NCBI GenBank assembly: GCA_965113315.1
Contig: OZ220364.1
Direction: 5' to 3' (one strand)
Length of the DNA: 64,000 bases
DNA from: Podarcis vaucheri
Lineage: Eukaryota
Shown: positions 1 through 37,172 of the stretch, one piece after another
Layout of the letters: the number at the start of each line of letters is the position of its first letter
How positions within the stretch are numbered: the stretch's first letter is position 1
Notes under the pieces: generated by a model
The model's input: the letters and a program-made list of their open reading frames with translations, nothing else
Told to the model about the DNA's origin: nothing
Database searches by the model: none
Made by a program: the position numbers and the translations under genes

Positions 1-725
1 GGACTTACCTATGTGTAACTGAGTGGAAATTGAGCTTTTGTTTCCAATTCATCATGTGCTGCACTCTATTTTTACAATCTTGAAAGACAGCTTGTGTTGG
101 GTTACCCCCCCTTTCCTTGGCACAAATCCTGTAGCACTCAGGGAAAAATTAGCTGCTCAGTTCACTTAAGAAGCGTAGGCTAGTTGCCAGAGGCCTGGAA
201 GATGTAGCGTGAGGAGGAGGTTGTCCTGACAATTGCCACTTCATTCCAACCCTACAGTCATCTGCATCTCTTGGTTGGTTGCAGCTTTTTGGAATGTGCT
301 ATTAACAAGAGAGAGACAAAGGGACCCACGTCATATATCGAGAATGGGTGGGGCAGCCAGATTTTAAGAGCGGCGAGAAGATACATGGTGTTCGTTGCAG
401 TTTTTCTTGTAATTTTTCCTTCTTGTAATAATGAGAGATATTCCTGAGTCATAATCTTATGTGCTATAAAACAGAGGATGGGTAAGAGGCCCTTTCCTTA
501 AATGGTACTCTTGTGTTCTACAAAGGGGTCCCATAGCAAATACCTGAAGGATCAGCAAGATTGTCCCAACAGCAGAAAAGTGTCGTCTACTGTACATTGC
601 TGTTGGTATCATCATCACAATTTTAGAAACACAGTTTGAACACAGGTGAATTCCAGAAGTCTAGGTGGGACAGATGAAAAGAGGCGCATAAAAATAAATC
701 CAATAAGTATTGGATAACTTTAAGA

Positions 726-1225
726 CACGGGTCTGCAACCTGCGGCTCCGGAGCCGCATGTGGCTCTTTTACACCTTTGCCGCGGCTCCGGGGCGGATAC
801 TAGCGAGGTGAGCAGGTGCATTGTGCGCCCCAACACTCCCCACTGTGGCGGGCGCTGTACTGGCTGTGACGTCGCATGGGGACAGTGCGTGAGTTAGTCA
901 CGCACCGTCCCGATGTCACCTTCCTGCCCGCCCGCCCGCTACATTGTAAGGGGCATGTACACTGGTCACTGGATTGAAAGGGGGCATGTACGCTGGTCAC
1001 TGTTTTGAAGGGGAGTGAAGAACACACACACACACAAAGGTAACTTGTTAATTTAACGTTTATTTCTATGAGGAGGAGTAATTCTGAGGGGTCAAACAAA
1101 GAAATAATTTTTAAAAAGTGACAAAAAAGTTATTTTTATAATGACGAGTTTTGCGGCTCCCATTTGTTTTTTCTTCGGAAACGAGTCCAAGTGGCTCTTT
1201 TTGTCTTAAAGGTTGCAGACCCCTG
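726..1225. mobile_element. Non-autonomous hAT (Charlie-like) MITE, 500 bp
   Basis: TIRs cacgggtctgcaacct / aggttgcagacccctg; perfect 8-bp TSD CTTTAAGA (718-725, 1226-1233); CpG-rich, so probably young. Confidence 0.9.
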
Positions 1226-1279
1226 CTTTAAGAGAAGCAAATTAAGCCATTATTTTTGGCACATTTTTATCTAACTCGC

Positions 1280-1373
1280 CAAGGAGTTCAAGATGGCATT
1301 CAAAGGAGATTCTTCATTTTATTCTAACAACTGTGTGAGGCAAGTAAGGCTGAGATGAGGTGACTATCCCAAG
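1280..1373 (-). mobile_element. Old MIR/CORE-like SINE fragment (core + 3' part)
   Basis: aacaactgtgtgagg...aggctgaga...gtgactatcccaag resembles the reverse SINE core. Confidence 0.55.
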
Positions 1374-2254
1374 ATGTATTGAGGCAAAAAAAAGCATTCC
1401 CCCCCTTCTTTATTTTATTCCTTCGTCCATGGTTATGGAATATATTTTAAACCAGATAAATGCTAAGGAGAGGGAAAGTTTCCAAAGAGCAATTTGGGTT
1501 CAGTATAGGTTACCAAAGTCTTCACATCAGAACTAAAACTGATCAGTGCTCTTCCTAAGGCAAGAGCTATTTTCATATCGCTTTTGGAGACAGCTAACTA
1601 CAGTAAAACATGTCCCCAGAATCACCCTACAGCAATTATTCCAAACTGAAGTCTTCTTTCAATGTCATGGGGAAAATTCACATGGTAACCTCTATGCATA
1701 TGCACTTGGAATACAGAGCAGGACCCCAGTGACTTCCCCCATGTACCTACCAGCCCTGCATGGGGACAGGTGTGTGTGGAGACTTTCTAACCAATAAGGA
1801 ACCCTGATCATCCTTACATGCATACGGTGAACATGAAAAGTTGTTCATCCTGGCATGTGCAAACTGGAAGCTGCATAGCCACTGGGGCTTGGGGTGGCAT
1901 GTATGGTACTTTTCAATGGTCTAAGCATATGCCATATCCATTGAGGCTAGTGTGTGAACTGTCCTAAATAGAGCAAGCCCAACTGCAGTGGAGGGAGCAT
2001 GTGAGTGAAAGTCTGCTTATGCATATGCAATTATTCCAAATTGTACATGTGTGTGTGCCATGTGTATGCGTGCGCATGTGTATGTGAACAGGTGTGTGCT
2101 GAATCTATGTATGGTGGGTGCTGTTTGTGTGTAACTTCTGGCCTCACCTGTTCTGGCCACACCCACTTTTGTTTCTCTCTGCCCACTGCCAGTATGTGGT
2201 CCAAGGAGGTTGGATGCAATGAGGCCCTCGGAATGAAAAAAGATTCTCCACGCC

Positions 2255-2385
2255 TGGTGAGGTGGGCTGAGTTTTGGACTTCACCCAAGGAGACCTGAGT
2301 TCAGTTCCCAACTGAGCCACAAAACTCACGATGTGGACTTGGGATAGTCACCTCATCTCAGCCTTACTTGCCTCACAGAGTTGTT
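2255..2385 (+). mobile_element. Old MIR/CORE-like SINE fragment (head + core)
   Basis: ttggact...ggagacctgagttcagttccc (B-box-like)...cttgggatagtcac...ctcagcct...cctcacagagttgtt. Confidence 0.6.
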
Positions 2386-3105
2386 GGCAGAGCACAGATA
2401 GTCCCTTTTTCCCCTCCACAGAAAAAGTCCACAAGTGCAGTTTCTGACAAGGCTTCATCGCTGCAAGCCTATTACAATATTATATTGATTTTTCCTTGGT
2501 GTTATCAGTGAGTGGGCCTCCCTGTTGGTTTTAAATATTTCCTTGCTTGCCCTTAAATTGTATTTCACTATATTTGTTGAAAAAGAAATACTCAAAGGAA
2601 AGCCTTATTTATTGAACAAAAGCCTTTCCCTGGTCATCACTGTGCACTGAACACCCCTCCCCCTGCAAGCTTTAGTATTAAACCAAAATTGTTTCTCTAT
2701 CCAAGTGTTTTTCCCTCGCTAAATTGCGTTTGTCACTATCAGGCTGCACTTGAAGTCTGCCCTCATGATGATGTTGAAAGCAGCTTACAGTGCAGAAAAG
2801 ACATTATTGTTGTTGTTTTCTGTCAAGAACCGTGAAATATTTATAGGGGCGAGTGCTGAGATCCATACACGAGCCCTTCTTTAGGCAAAATTCCTATTGA
2901 ATATTGTTTCTGAAGTAATAAAGATGAAGTGCGGATTTAAGCCACCCATTCAGGTTGCGATGCACAGACTTCAAAAGCTCTGTCAGCAGATTTCAGATGG
3001 GCTCAAGGAAATAATCAGTGTTGCGGAAGGGCCAAGCTAGATGTGAGGCTTGTCACGTAGTTAACCCAGGCATGCTTGCTTATTTTAAAAAATAAATAGC
3101 TGGTG

Positions 3106-3566
3106 CAAGACTGGATTTAGGTTTGATAAGGCCCCAAGCTACTGAAGGTAATGGGGCCCTTTATATGTCCAGCTGTCCTTTGTCAACAACAAATGGTCGC
3201 TGTTTTTTGTGTTGAATATATGCTATATGGTCATTTATAAACCTAATAGGTATCTAATAGCCATTTGCACATAACAAAATATGTGTTTTTTGCACATGCA
3301 GAATGTAGGCACCCTATATATAGAAATGAGAAAACCAGTGATATTTTAGGGAGCAGGCTAGCAGGTGGGGCCCATTGCTTACATCACAGGAGCCTACACA
3401 ACACAAAACACTTTTGCTGTATGTAGGTTTTATTTTATTTGTTTTTTATCTTATATTTTGGAAATGTACATCCAGGTTTTTTCCCCTTTAATTTATTTGG
3501 GGGCGGGGGCAAGAGAGGGAGGCCCTAAGCTATAGCTTGTTTAGCTTATACGTGAATCCGGCACTG
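3106..3566 (+). mobile_element. hAT MITE family B, copy 1
   Basis: TIRs caagactggattta / tgaatccggcactg; perfect TSD AGCTGGTG; homologous to 4361 and 11709. Confidence 0.9.
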
Positions 3567-4360
3567 AGCTGGTGCATAAGGTGAGGGTGAGCCAGATTGA
3601 GACCATGAAAGAAGGCTTAAAATCTCTCATCCTCTTGCCTTCTATTTGCAATGGTAGAAAAGCTCCCTTGGAGACCGGCTGTTTGGTGGCAATGTCATGC
3701 ATATGGAATGCCCTCCCAGGTGAGAGTCACCTGGCCCTTACCTTGCTATTGTTTTAGAACCAGGCAAATATTTTTTTATTTACACAGTCTTTTAAAGATT
3801 GCTAACTTTTACACTATTTTCAAGAATTTGTGAGTTCTGATTTTTACCCTCTTCTGTGTTGTTGTCTTGTTGTTTGTTTCCTGCTATTTTTATTCTTTTG
3901 TAGGATTGCTGACTGGCTATATCTATATGCAGGAATGCTGACTGGCATATATATATTTACAGCAAATTTTGTAAATGATCTCTTCAACTTGATTTATGCA
4001 TCTTTTAAATCGTAGATAGAAGAAACAAAACTAAATTCTCCAGATGACAGAATAATTCAGCAGCAGTAAAACAAATCACATACACACAATAAAGAGAGTT
4101 CATGTCCAAGTGTCAGAGGATAGTGCAGGGGGGGGGATATTCGTCAGAAATAACCTGTGTAATGTAAGCCATCTTTTGTGAAGTTACAATCTTTAGATTT
4201 GCTTTCTGAAGTCAGGCCTGACACGAGCAGAATCTTCCCTTGCGTACCCTTAGATAGTATTTTGTGAAATTAAGACACAAAGGTTTAATCGTCACCTTGG
4301 CTCAAAAGCCATACTTTTCCTTTTCAGAATAAGCTGCATATTCAAAGTAAGACTGATATG

Positions 4361-4698
4361 CAGGGCTGGATTTAGGTTTGATGAGGCCCTAAGCTACTGA
4401 AGGTAATGGGGTCCTTTCTATGTCCGGCTGTCTTTTGTCAACAATGAATTGTCGCTGTTTTTTATGTTGAATATATTCTATATGGTAAATTATGGACCTA
4501 ATAGGTATCTAAAGCCATTTGCACATAAAATATGTATTTTATCAAAGTAATTGTTGAACTGAAATACAATTACAAAGAAGTATATATTTTATATTATATT
4601 TTGGACTACAGGGCAGTCCAAAGTTCCCTTCAATTTGGGGGGGGGGGCAAGAGACTGGGGCCCTAAGCTATAGCTTGTTTAGCTTATACATAAATCTG
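4361..4698 (+). mobile_element. hAT MITE family B, copy 2
   Basis: Starts cagggctggattta; right TIR partly deleted; TSD ctgatatg/ctgttatg. Confidence 0.85.
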
Positions 4699-4802
4699 CT
4701 GTTATGAGATACCACCTTCTTCCATCTACAAATCTAGTAAAGTGGCGTGCATCACCAACGATGAATGGAACACAAAACTGTAGGCTGGCCCAAAACCTAA
4801 CT

Positions 4803-4911
4803 ACCATATGTCAGGAGTGCTCTGATGGTGTTTCCTGCTTGGCAGGGGGGTTGGACTCGATGGCCCTTCTGGTCTCTTCCAACTCTATGATTCTATGATT
4901 CTATGATTCTA
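4803..4911 (+). mobile_element. CR1 LINE 3' end fragment
   Basis: Nearly identical to the 3' end of the CR1 at 24583-25266; (ATTCTATG)n tail. Confidence 0.9.
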
Positions 4912-5860
4912 CCAGCCACAGAACACCTTAGTGATCTATTGTTAACCATTTTCTGGTGGCCCATTGAAAAATAGCAAACATTGGATGAATTACAACTCCC
5001 AGATAGCTATGCGAATTTGCTTGCAGGTAAAGCACACCATGTCCTTCTCCTCTCCCTCTGTATCTTCACCCTCATGAGCTAGTTTTTAAGCCTGAAATAC
5101 AGTGTATTGGAACACATACAAAGGAAATGTGTTAGATTTCCCGAATTGTGGATGTTTGGACAAGTTGACCCTTGGGGTCCCTTCCAACTCTATGATAGCA
5201 ACAGCAACAACAAAAAAAGGTCTTAGAAATTTATCTCTATAATTCCGAATGAATGCAAGACGAGCATCTGAATCAGTGTGCAATTCCCCAAAGGTGGAGA
5301 TCAGATTAACTCAGGTGTGAATTGCTTGGGACTCAGGGTTCACACTTCGGTTAAGGTTTGGTTGGAAACTTGCTGCTCAGGACTTTAGCTACATTAGTAA
5401 ACAAGCTTTTGGTCTCACTCTTGGAAGAAAAAGAAGCCATTTGGAATTGTGTGACAACTGCAAATTCTGTGAACATTTTTAAGACTTACATCACCATTAT
5501 CAACTTTTAGGCCACAAGCAAAGACAGGCCACAAGCAAAGACAGACCCCAGCATTTGATTTTTAACTAAGATCATATGGTATGATCATACTTCAGCCTAC
5601 TGCTGTGTCCACCCTTTTAGTAAGGAAGGCTAGGATTCAGCCTTTTTATCAAATTGCAGGAGGAGTATTTGTACTAAGGAAGGTTGTTTAATTCTTTTGC
5701 TGTTGCTTCAAACTTCTGTGTTGGTATACTTTTTTATAATTGCCATCTGCTTTGAAACATTTTATGTAGCAACAAATGTAATGGATAGTCATTGTCATCA
5801 TTATTAATTGTTTCATTACATCTATTTTTCTCTCTCCCTTGCTTTATTGTCTTCCTGTAG

Positions 5861-31316
<25,456 letters not shown>

Positions 31317-34300
31317 TGTCAAATGTGCCTCTTGAAAGGTAAGACTGCTTTCTTTGTTTTCCCTTAAAATACTAAGCCACACACATACCTCTTTCCAGGT
31401 TCTTATCCAAAGCAGCACAGCTGAATATCTAAACCAATGTTGATCCAGAAACAAGATCAATCAAGTGTGTTTCAGACCTTCTACAAAGGGCCATTTCATA
31501 CATTATGCAGAGGCCAACTTGAGTTTTCCACAGGAAGTTGTAGCCAATCTCAGCTCCCTGAGTGGACCTTTCTGTTGTATGTGTTTGTAAACACATTTAT
31601 TGCACTCAGACTTTACATTAGATGATTGCTGTAATGTGTGGTGACCCTAAGGAAATGTGGAATGTTGCCTTTGTCCACAATATATTATTGGTTGCTTCTA
31701 ACCTTTGTCCTCTGTCCAGCAATCCTTCCCTCATTATTTTCCATAGCACCAGCTTTTGGTAATATAGAGTGTGAACCGTAAGTCATCATTTGGAGTGACT
31801 AGATTAAGATGCAGAACAACAACAACAACAAAAGATTTCATGGTTTGACTTCTCTTTATGTCTTTAGAGTATAATAAACTCATAGCTACTCACCTAGACT
31901 GAACTGTCTTTGAAGACACTATCGAAGTAGAAAAAATGCCCCCAAATTCTAAATTTAAAGATTGGTGTCTTCTAAATAAATATAAAGGAAGACACATATC
32001 TGGTTGCTTTTCAAGTCTCCTTATTAACAATTGACATTTTACTTTGATTTGTATAGGTTGTAGCAAGCTGCCAGCAATCGCCACTATGCCCCACTCTCTC
32101 CAAACTGGTGTGGGAGATGAGCCAGGAAGGTCACAAGTGTCATTGCCCACTGTGATGACATCACACGTGGGTGCTGTTTGCTTACCAGCCAGCACCACGA
32201 TCAGGTGTAGCCATGATTGCTGCCAGCTGGGCAAGAGAGGGCCTAGCTGGGCATTACTTTAGAACCATGTAAATGGTCCAGAGATGCTTAGAAGAGGGAG
32301 ATGTGAGAGCAGAGAGACTGGAAGCGGGTACTACTCTTTAATTAGGGAGGTCATTTGCATGGTCCCCTTTTACCAGACATGCTTTTCTCTTGCTTTGTAG
32401 AGCGATTGACTATACAGAAAAGTCCTCAAAGGGCAGATGCTTCCAAACACACGAAGAAGAGAACACTGTTTACAACCATTGCAAAACAAAGCGACACTCT
32501 GTCACTGAGAGACCACACCCACCATGTAGTTTTAAGCCATTACTTCAAGATTTGTTACTTGACAGTTCCCTGTCTAAAGCTACAAGATATGCTGCACTTA
32601 ATAACATTCTATAAGGAGGGAGACAAATATGCCATCAGCATATATCACTAGGATTTTTATTTTATTTTTTATGGTGAAGAATCAGCAAGCAAACCACATT
32701 CAGTCGATTGAGTAAAGGTATGCCAGGCAAGGAACCAAAGTTACTATGAACAATCTATCCCTGCTGTGCAGGGGGGTTATTTTAAACACGGACACCAACT
32801 TCCCATGAAAGTCATCGATAATAAAGGGGACAGAGCAGAAGAAACGTATCCAGGACTCTTAAGGGGACAGTGACAATAAAACAGTTGATGTGGGAAGTCT
32901 GGCTTTCTTAATACAGGGACGCTTTTTTTTTCTCTCTCTCTCTCTCTGATTTTAAACTCAGGAACAATGACAGCTGCAATGTGAACAAAAGGGGGGAAAC
33001 ATACTCTGTTTTTGTTTCATAATGGGTTGAAACTGACAATGGGATAGACGTGGTTGGAATGTTAATCTACTGCTGCCTGCAGTATAGCATGGGTGATCCA
33101 TCTAGTGAGAATGCCTGACAGCGCTCTTGAGGATTCCTAACAATGCTGTAGCCTTATTTGTCGCCGGGGTCCTTCTGCAAAGGGAGGATGGCTGTTACAT
33201 CAAGTGAAGAACTTGACAAGGACGCAACACTCATTTCACTAACCGTTTAATGTATCTTCGGCCACTGGAATGGGGCGGAAAGGTCCTCCGACAAAGAAAT
33301 AGCTGTGTCAGAGAGGAAGCAAATGCCTGTTAATCAAACCTCAGCTTCCGAAGAGTTTCTGCCTCCACTCACTTGTACAAGTGAAATCCTCCTAAACAAT
33401 TTGTTTTCGCCTGTCATGTTGTGTTTCCCCAGTTGGCCGCATGAACCAAAACGATGAAACCTAGGATGTACCCTTTATTATCTCACCCATACACGACCAG
33501 TACATATCTTGCTGTTGAGGTTAGGCTTGCGTTCATCATCAAGGCCTGCCTTTTAATGCAGCATTTATCTTCCAGGTGACAAATAACTCTCACTTGATTT
33601 TGCAAGGTTTCTTGTTGGATGTAGCACCTGCTTGTGGAAATCCCTGCTTAGAATCCTTGGTTTGTGTTTGGAGATGTTCTGATGACTGGCAACGTGCATT
33701 GAGGGCGGATGTCATCCCTGTGCTGAAGGCAGCAGTAGAGCCTGGTTTGTTATATAGCGTGCGGAGAACCTCAGCTCTGTTCCCAGAAGCCTGCACTGAC
33801 CTTCTCTTCCATTTTACCACCTTATGCCTCTTCTCCCTTACAGAGATGGGAGAAAAAGCAAGGACTTATCTTCCACCTGTGCACCTGCAGAATTTAAATA
33901 CATTTAGAAATATGAATACGGCAAGCATAGAATTTGCTTGTGGTTGTTTGCTCCTAATAACAGTGGCCAACATAAGATTATGCTATGCATTGCTTAGCAT
34001 TCAAAACGGGGGCTTCATACAGACATAAAGCAAAGTCTCTGATTTTTTAAATGCTGGAATGCTGCAAGAGCACCCATGGTTCATTGCCATGCCATCATGT
34101 CTAACATTCATGCACATTTATCACCCCTACCTGCTCAGAACTGTCCTCCTGTTAGTGCCTTGTAAAGGCACAGTACCAAACATTCATACAATCAAGAAAA
34201 TCAGTAATGAAGGGATGAACAACATTCTTACCTACAGTAGATCCACACCGCAATGTTAGTTCTAATATCAATTGAGTTTGCTGCAGCAACACCTTGAAAG

Positions 34301-37136
34301 CATGAAGCTATGTGGCTAGGGTTACCCATGCAACTGCCCCTGGTGCCCATGAAGGTTTTAAGATCCTCCTTATGAGGTGGTGACCTCCCACCTACCTGGA
34401 AAAGCACATAGAAATGAAAGAGGAAGTATTAAGAACCACAGATCTTGCACTTTCAGTTACTGCCATGGTGCAAAGCATGGATGTGAGGCATGGATCCCAT
34501 CCAAACCACCAGTCATGTCATAGGTCACCTCTGTGACCTTAGGTGTGTTTTGTGACTTCTTGGTGGTTTTGTTATTATTACAAATAATGAGGATTCATGC
34601 CTTGGATCCATGTTTTTATCATATTGGCAAGCCCTGGATCTGTCTTCTTTATTGTGCAGTCTACCAAGGTTGGCTTTAACTTAATGATGGTTTAGGGGAC
34701 TGGAGGGTATAAAAACATGCAAATTCAACAGGATCCATTTTAATTCCACTGGATTCGACTTTTATTCAGACCCCATGGCAAAGCAAAGTTTATGTGTGCG
34801 TTTTCTCCCAGCCAAAGGCTCACAAGCTCTGTTTCTCAGATGTGTCCATGATCCCTTGTAACAGCTTGTCAGAAAACAGATGCATTGAAGGTTACATTCT
34901 AACATGCTTTATTGCTAAAGTAAAACTTACATAAGAGATTCTGTACAGTTCTGATTACAACCTAGGTTCAGAGTCACTCCTCCTCTAGCTCTGTCCCTTG
35001 TCCTCTCACACTACATCTTCCAGCATTCAATGCTCCAAGCCCATGGCTGATTACTAGCAATACTTTCATACCCTCCAATATTCCTCAGAAAATAGGGATG
35101 TTCTATTCTACATCAGTAGAATTAATCTTAGATCACCACAGAGCATAAAATGAGACAAAGGTTCCATAGATGTCACTTTCCTCCACCACAAAGGAATAGC
35201 ACTCAGCACAATCAGTAGCGGCAAGAAATTGGTCCTTCAGAGAAGCTTGCCTACCATAATTGATCCTGTCAGTAAGGAACAGCTTGCTGTGTTCTGTCAC
35301 TTAAAGTGATAGAAGCTCTATCCATTTTCTGCATCTTGTCCATTATATTATGTCCCTTTTGCAATATGATGAGTGCAGATCGGTACTGAATGGTTAAGGT
35401 ACTTTGCTGAGCAAAGTTTGTAACATCTCAGTTTGGAAACAAAACACTGTGGTTTTCTATCTGCTTGCTATCATTACTTTTCTATGCGTCACACTCATTT
35501 GTCTCTTAGCATCTTGTGAGAAGCCAGGATAGAGTTTACTTCCCAACGTTAAACCTGAATTTGGTCCCAAAATTCTTGTGCAGAGGTTTGCTGCACCACA
35601 AAGAGTTGTCTCTCCCATACAAGAAGCTGATTAGCCAGCATTGTCTTCTGCACCTGACCTAAATATTGAAAAAGAGCTTGCTTTGTCTTACCACAGTGTG
35701 GATTGATTCTGTCAAGTCAGGTTAAGGCTATGAAAAGGCACCTACAGTAAAGCTTCCCTGCAGAACAGGGCTGTGATTTTCTTTGAAGCCATTTCCTTTG
35801 CTCTTTGGAATACCAGAAGGCTAAATCAGCTTATTTGTGCTGCAATTTACATGAAACCTTACAAGATGCAGTATGTGTTGCAGGGCATGTCCACACTGTG
35901 TGTTTGCAGCTTTTGCCATGCCTGTTTAAATTACGTGGTCCACGTGACGAATCTCGACACTAATCTCAACGCTTTCCCCCAGAAAATTCCCAGTTTACCC
36001 AAAATGGGGATAATCCAATAAATTATGGGAAATCAGGCTCCAAAGCACTCCACTCAGGGTGCTGACTTATTTTGTTCCAGTGTCTTTGAGTGGATCATTC
36101 ATCACTATCTACTACTCTCATTTCCATGCTTCTTCAAAACATTCATTTCCTTTTCTGCTGTACTCCACTATTTCTGGCATACCCCTGAATGGAAGAGGAA
36201 GCCATAGCAATCAATCTATCATCTATCTATTATCTATCTATCATTTGATCCTTCACATTTGCATAAAACTGCACAAGAAAAAAACATTAAAAATATCTAC
36301 AAGAGATACTGCAGGGCAATCTGAAAATTGTGCTCAGAAATTACGGTTGCTTTCATTTATTCCCCAGGCAAAACCCTCAATGGAGAAGCATAGCTTCAAA
36401 AACAGCTCAACAACTTTGCCCCTCCCCCAATAAAGCTCAACAACTTTGCCCCACAAAAAGCTCAACAGCTTTTAAAGTTAGGACTTGCTGAAAGGTGCTT
36501 GTGCTAACCTGTTGAGTGAATACAGTTCTCAGGTACCACTTGCATTCTCCCAGCAAAACGAAAACCAACCTCCATTTTATGTTTCGTGTGCTCTTATTAT
36601 TTATCGTCTCCATTTTTGTGTACATTTCATTTGACATCTCAAAATTCTAGGCATTGCAGGTTTACTACCATATCCCTGGTGAGTGGATAAATATTTACCT
36701 GAGAAATATATCCCTTTATCAGCACTCTTTAAATTAACAATAACACTGCCCAGAATGGGATCTACAATTTTCAATTTTCTGCAATTTTCAATTTTCTGGA
36801 ATCGAGCAAAAAGTATGCATATCACTGATGGTAAGAGAATATGGCTGGTTGATGGAATTTTTGTTTTCATGAATTGGGCCAGGAGTGAAAAAGAGCCATG
36901 CAGGCAAATGGAAAACCCACACAATTATCTTTATTCCCCCAGTGGAAATAACTGCTGTCAGATGAAATACAGTTTATGAGATGCCATTTTATGGTAATTC
37001 TTACCTTATCTTCAAATTGTCTGAGGCCCTGTAATTACTGTGGAATCCACCTTCAGTATACAAAATATTTCCCATTCTTTCAGGGAGAGAGTGTTGTTCA
37101 TCCCATCAAGCCAATTTCCATTGCTAAAAATACAGG

Positions 37137-37137
<1 letters not shown>

Positions 37138-37170
<33 letters not shown>
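37138..37170. repeat. (CA)n microsatellite in the 3'UTR
   Basis: Direct reading. Confidence 0.95.

Positions 37171-37172
<2 letters not shown>

Noticed and set aside
5509-5544. 17-bp tandem duplication (a similar ~22-bp one at ~54903-54943)
   Set aside because: Ordinary slippage products with no further structure
33576-34028. 150-aa ORF in the 3'UTR
   Set aside because: Non-ATG start, no homology recognised, lies downstream of the stop codon
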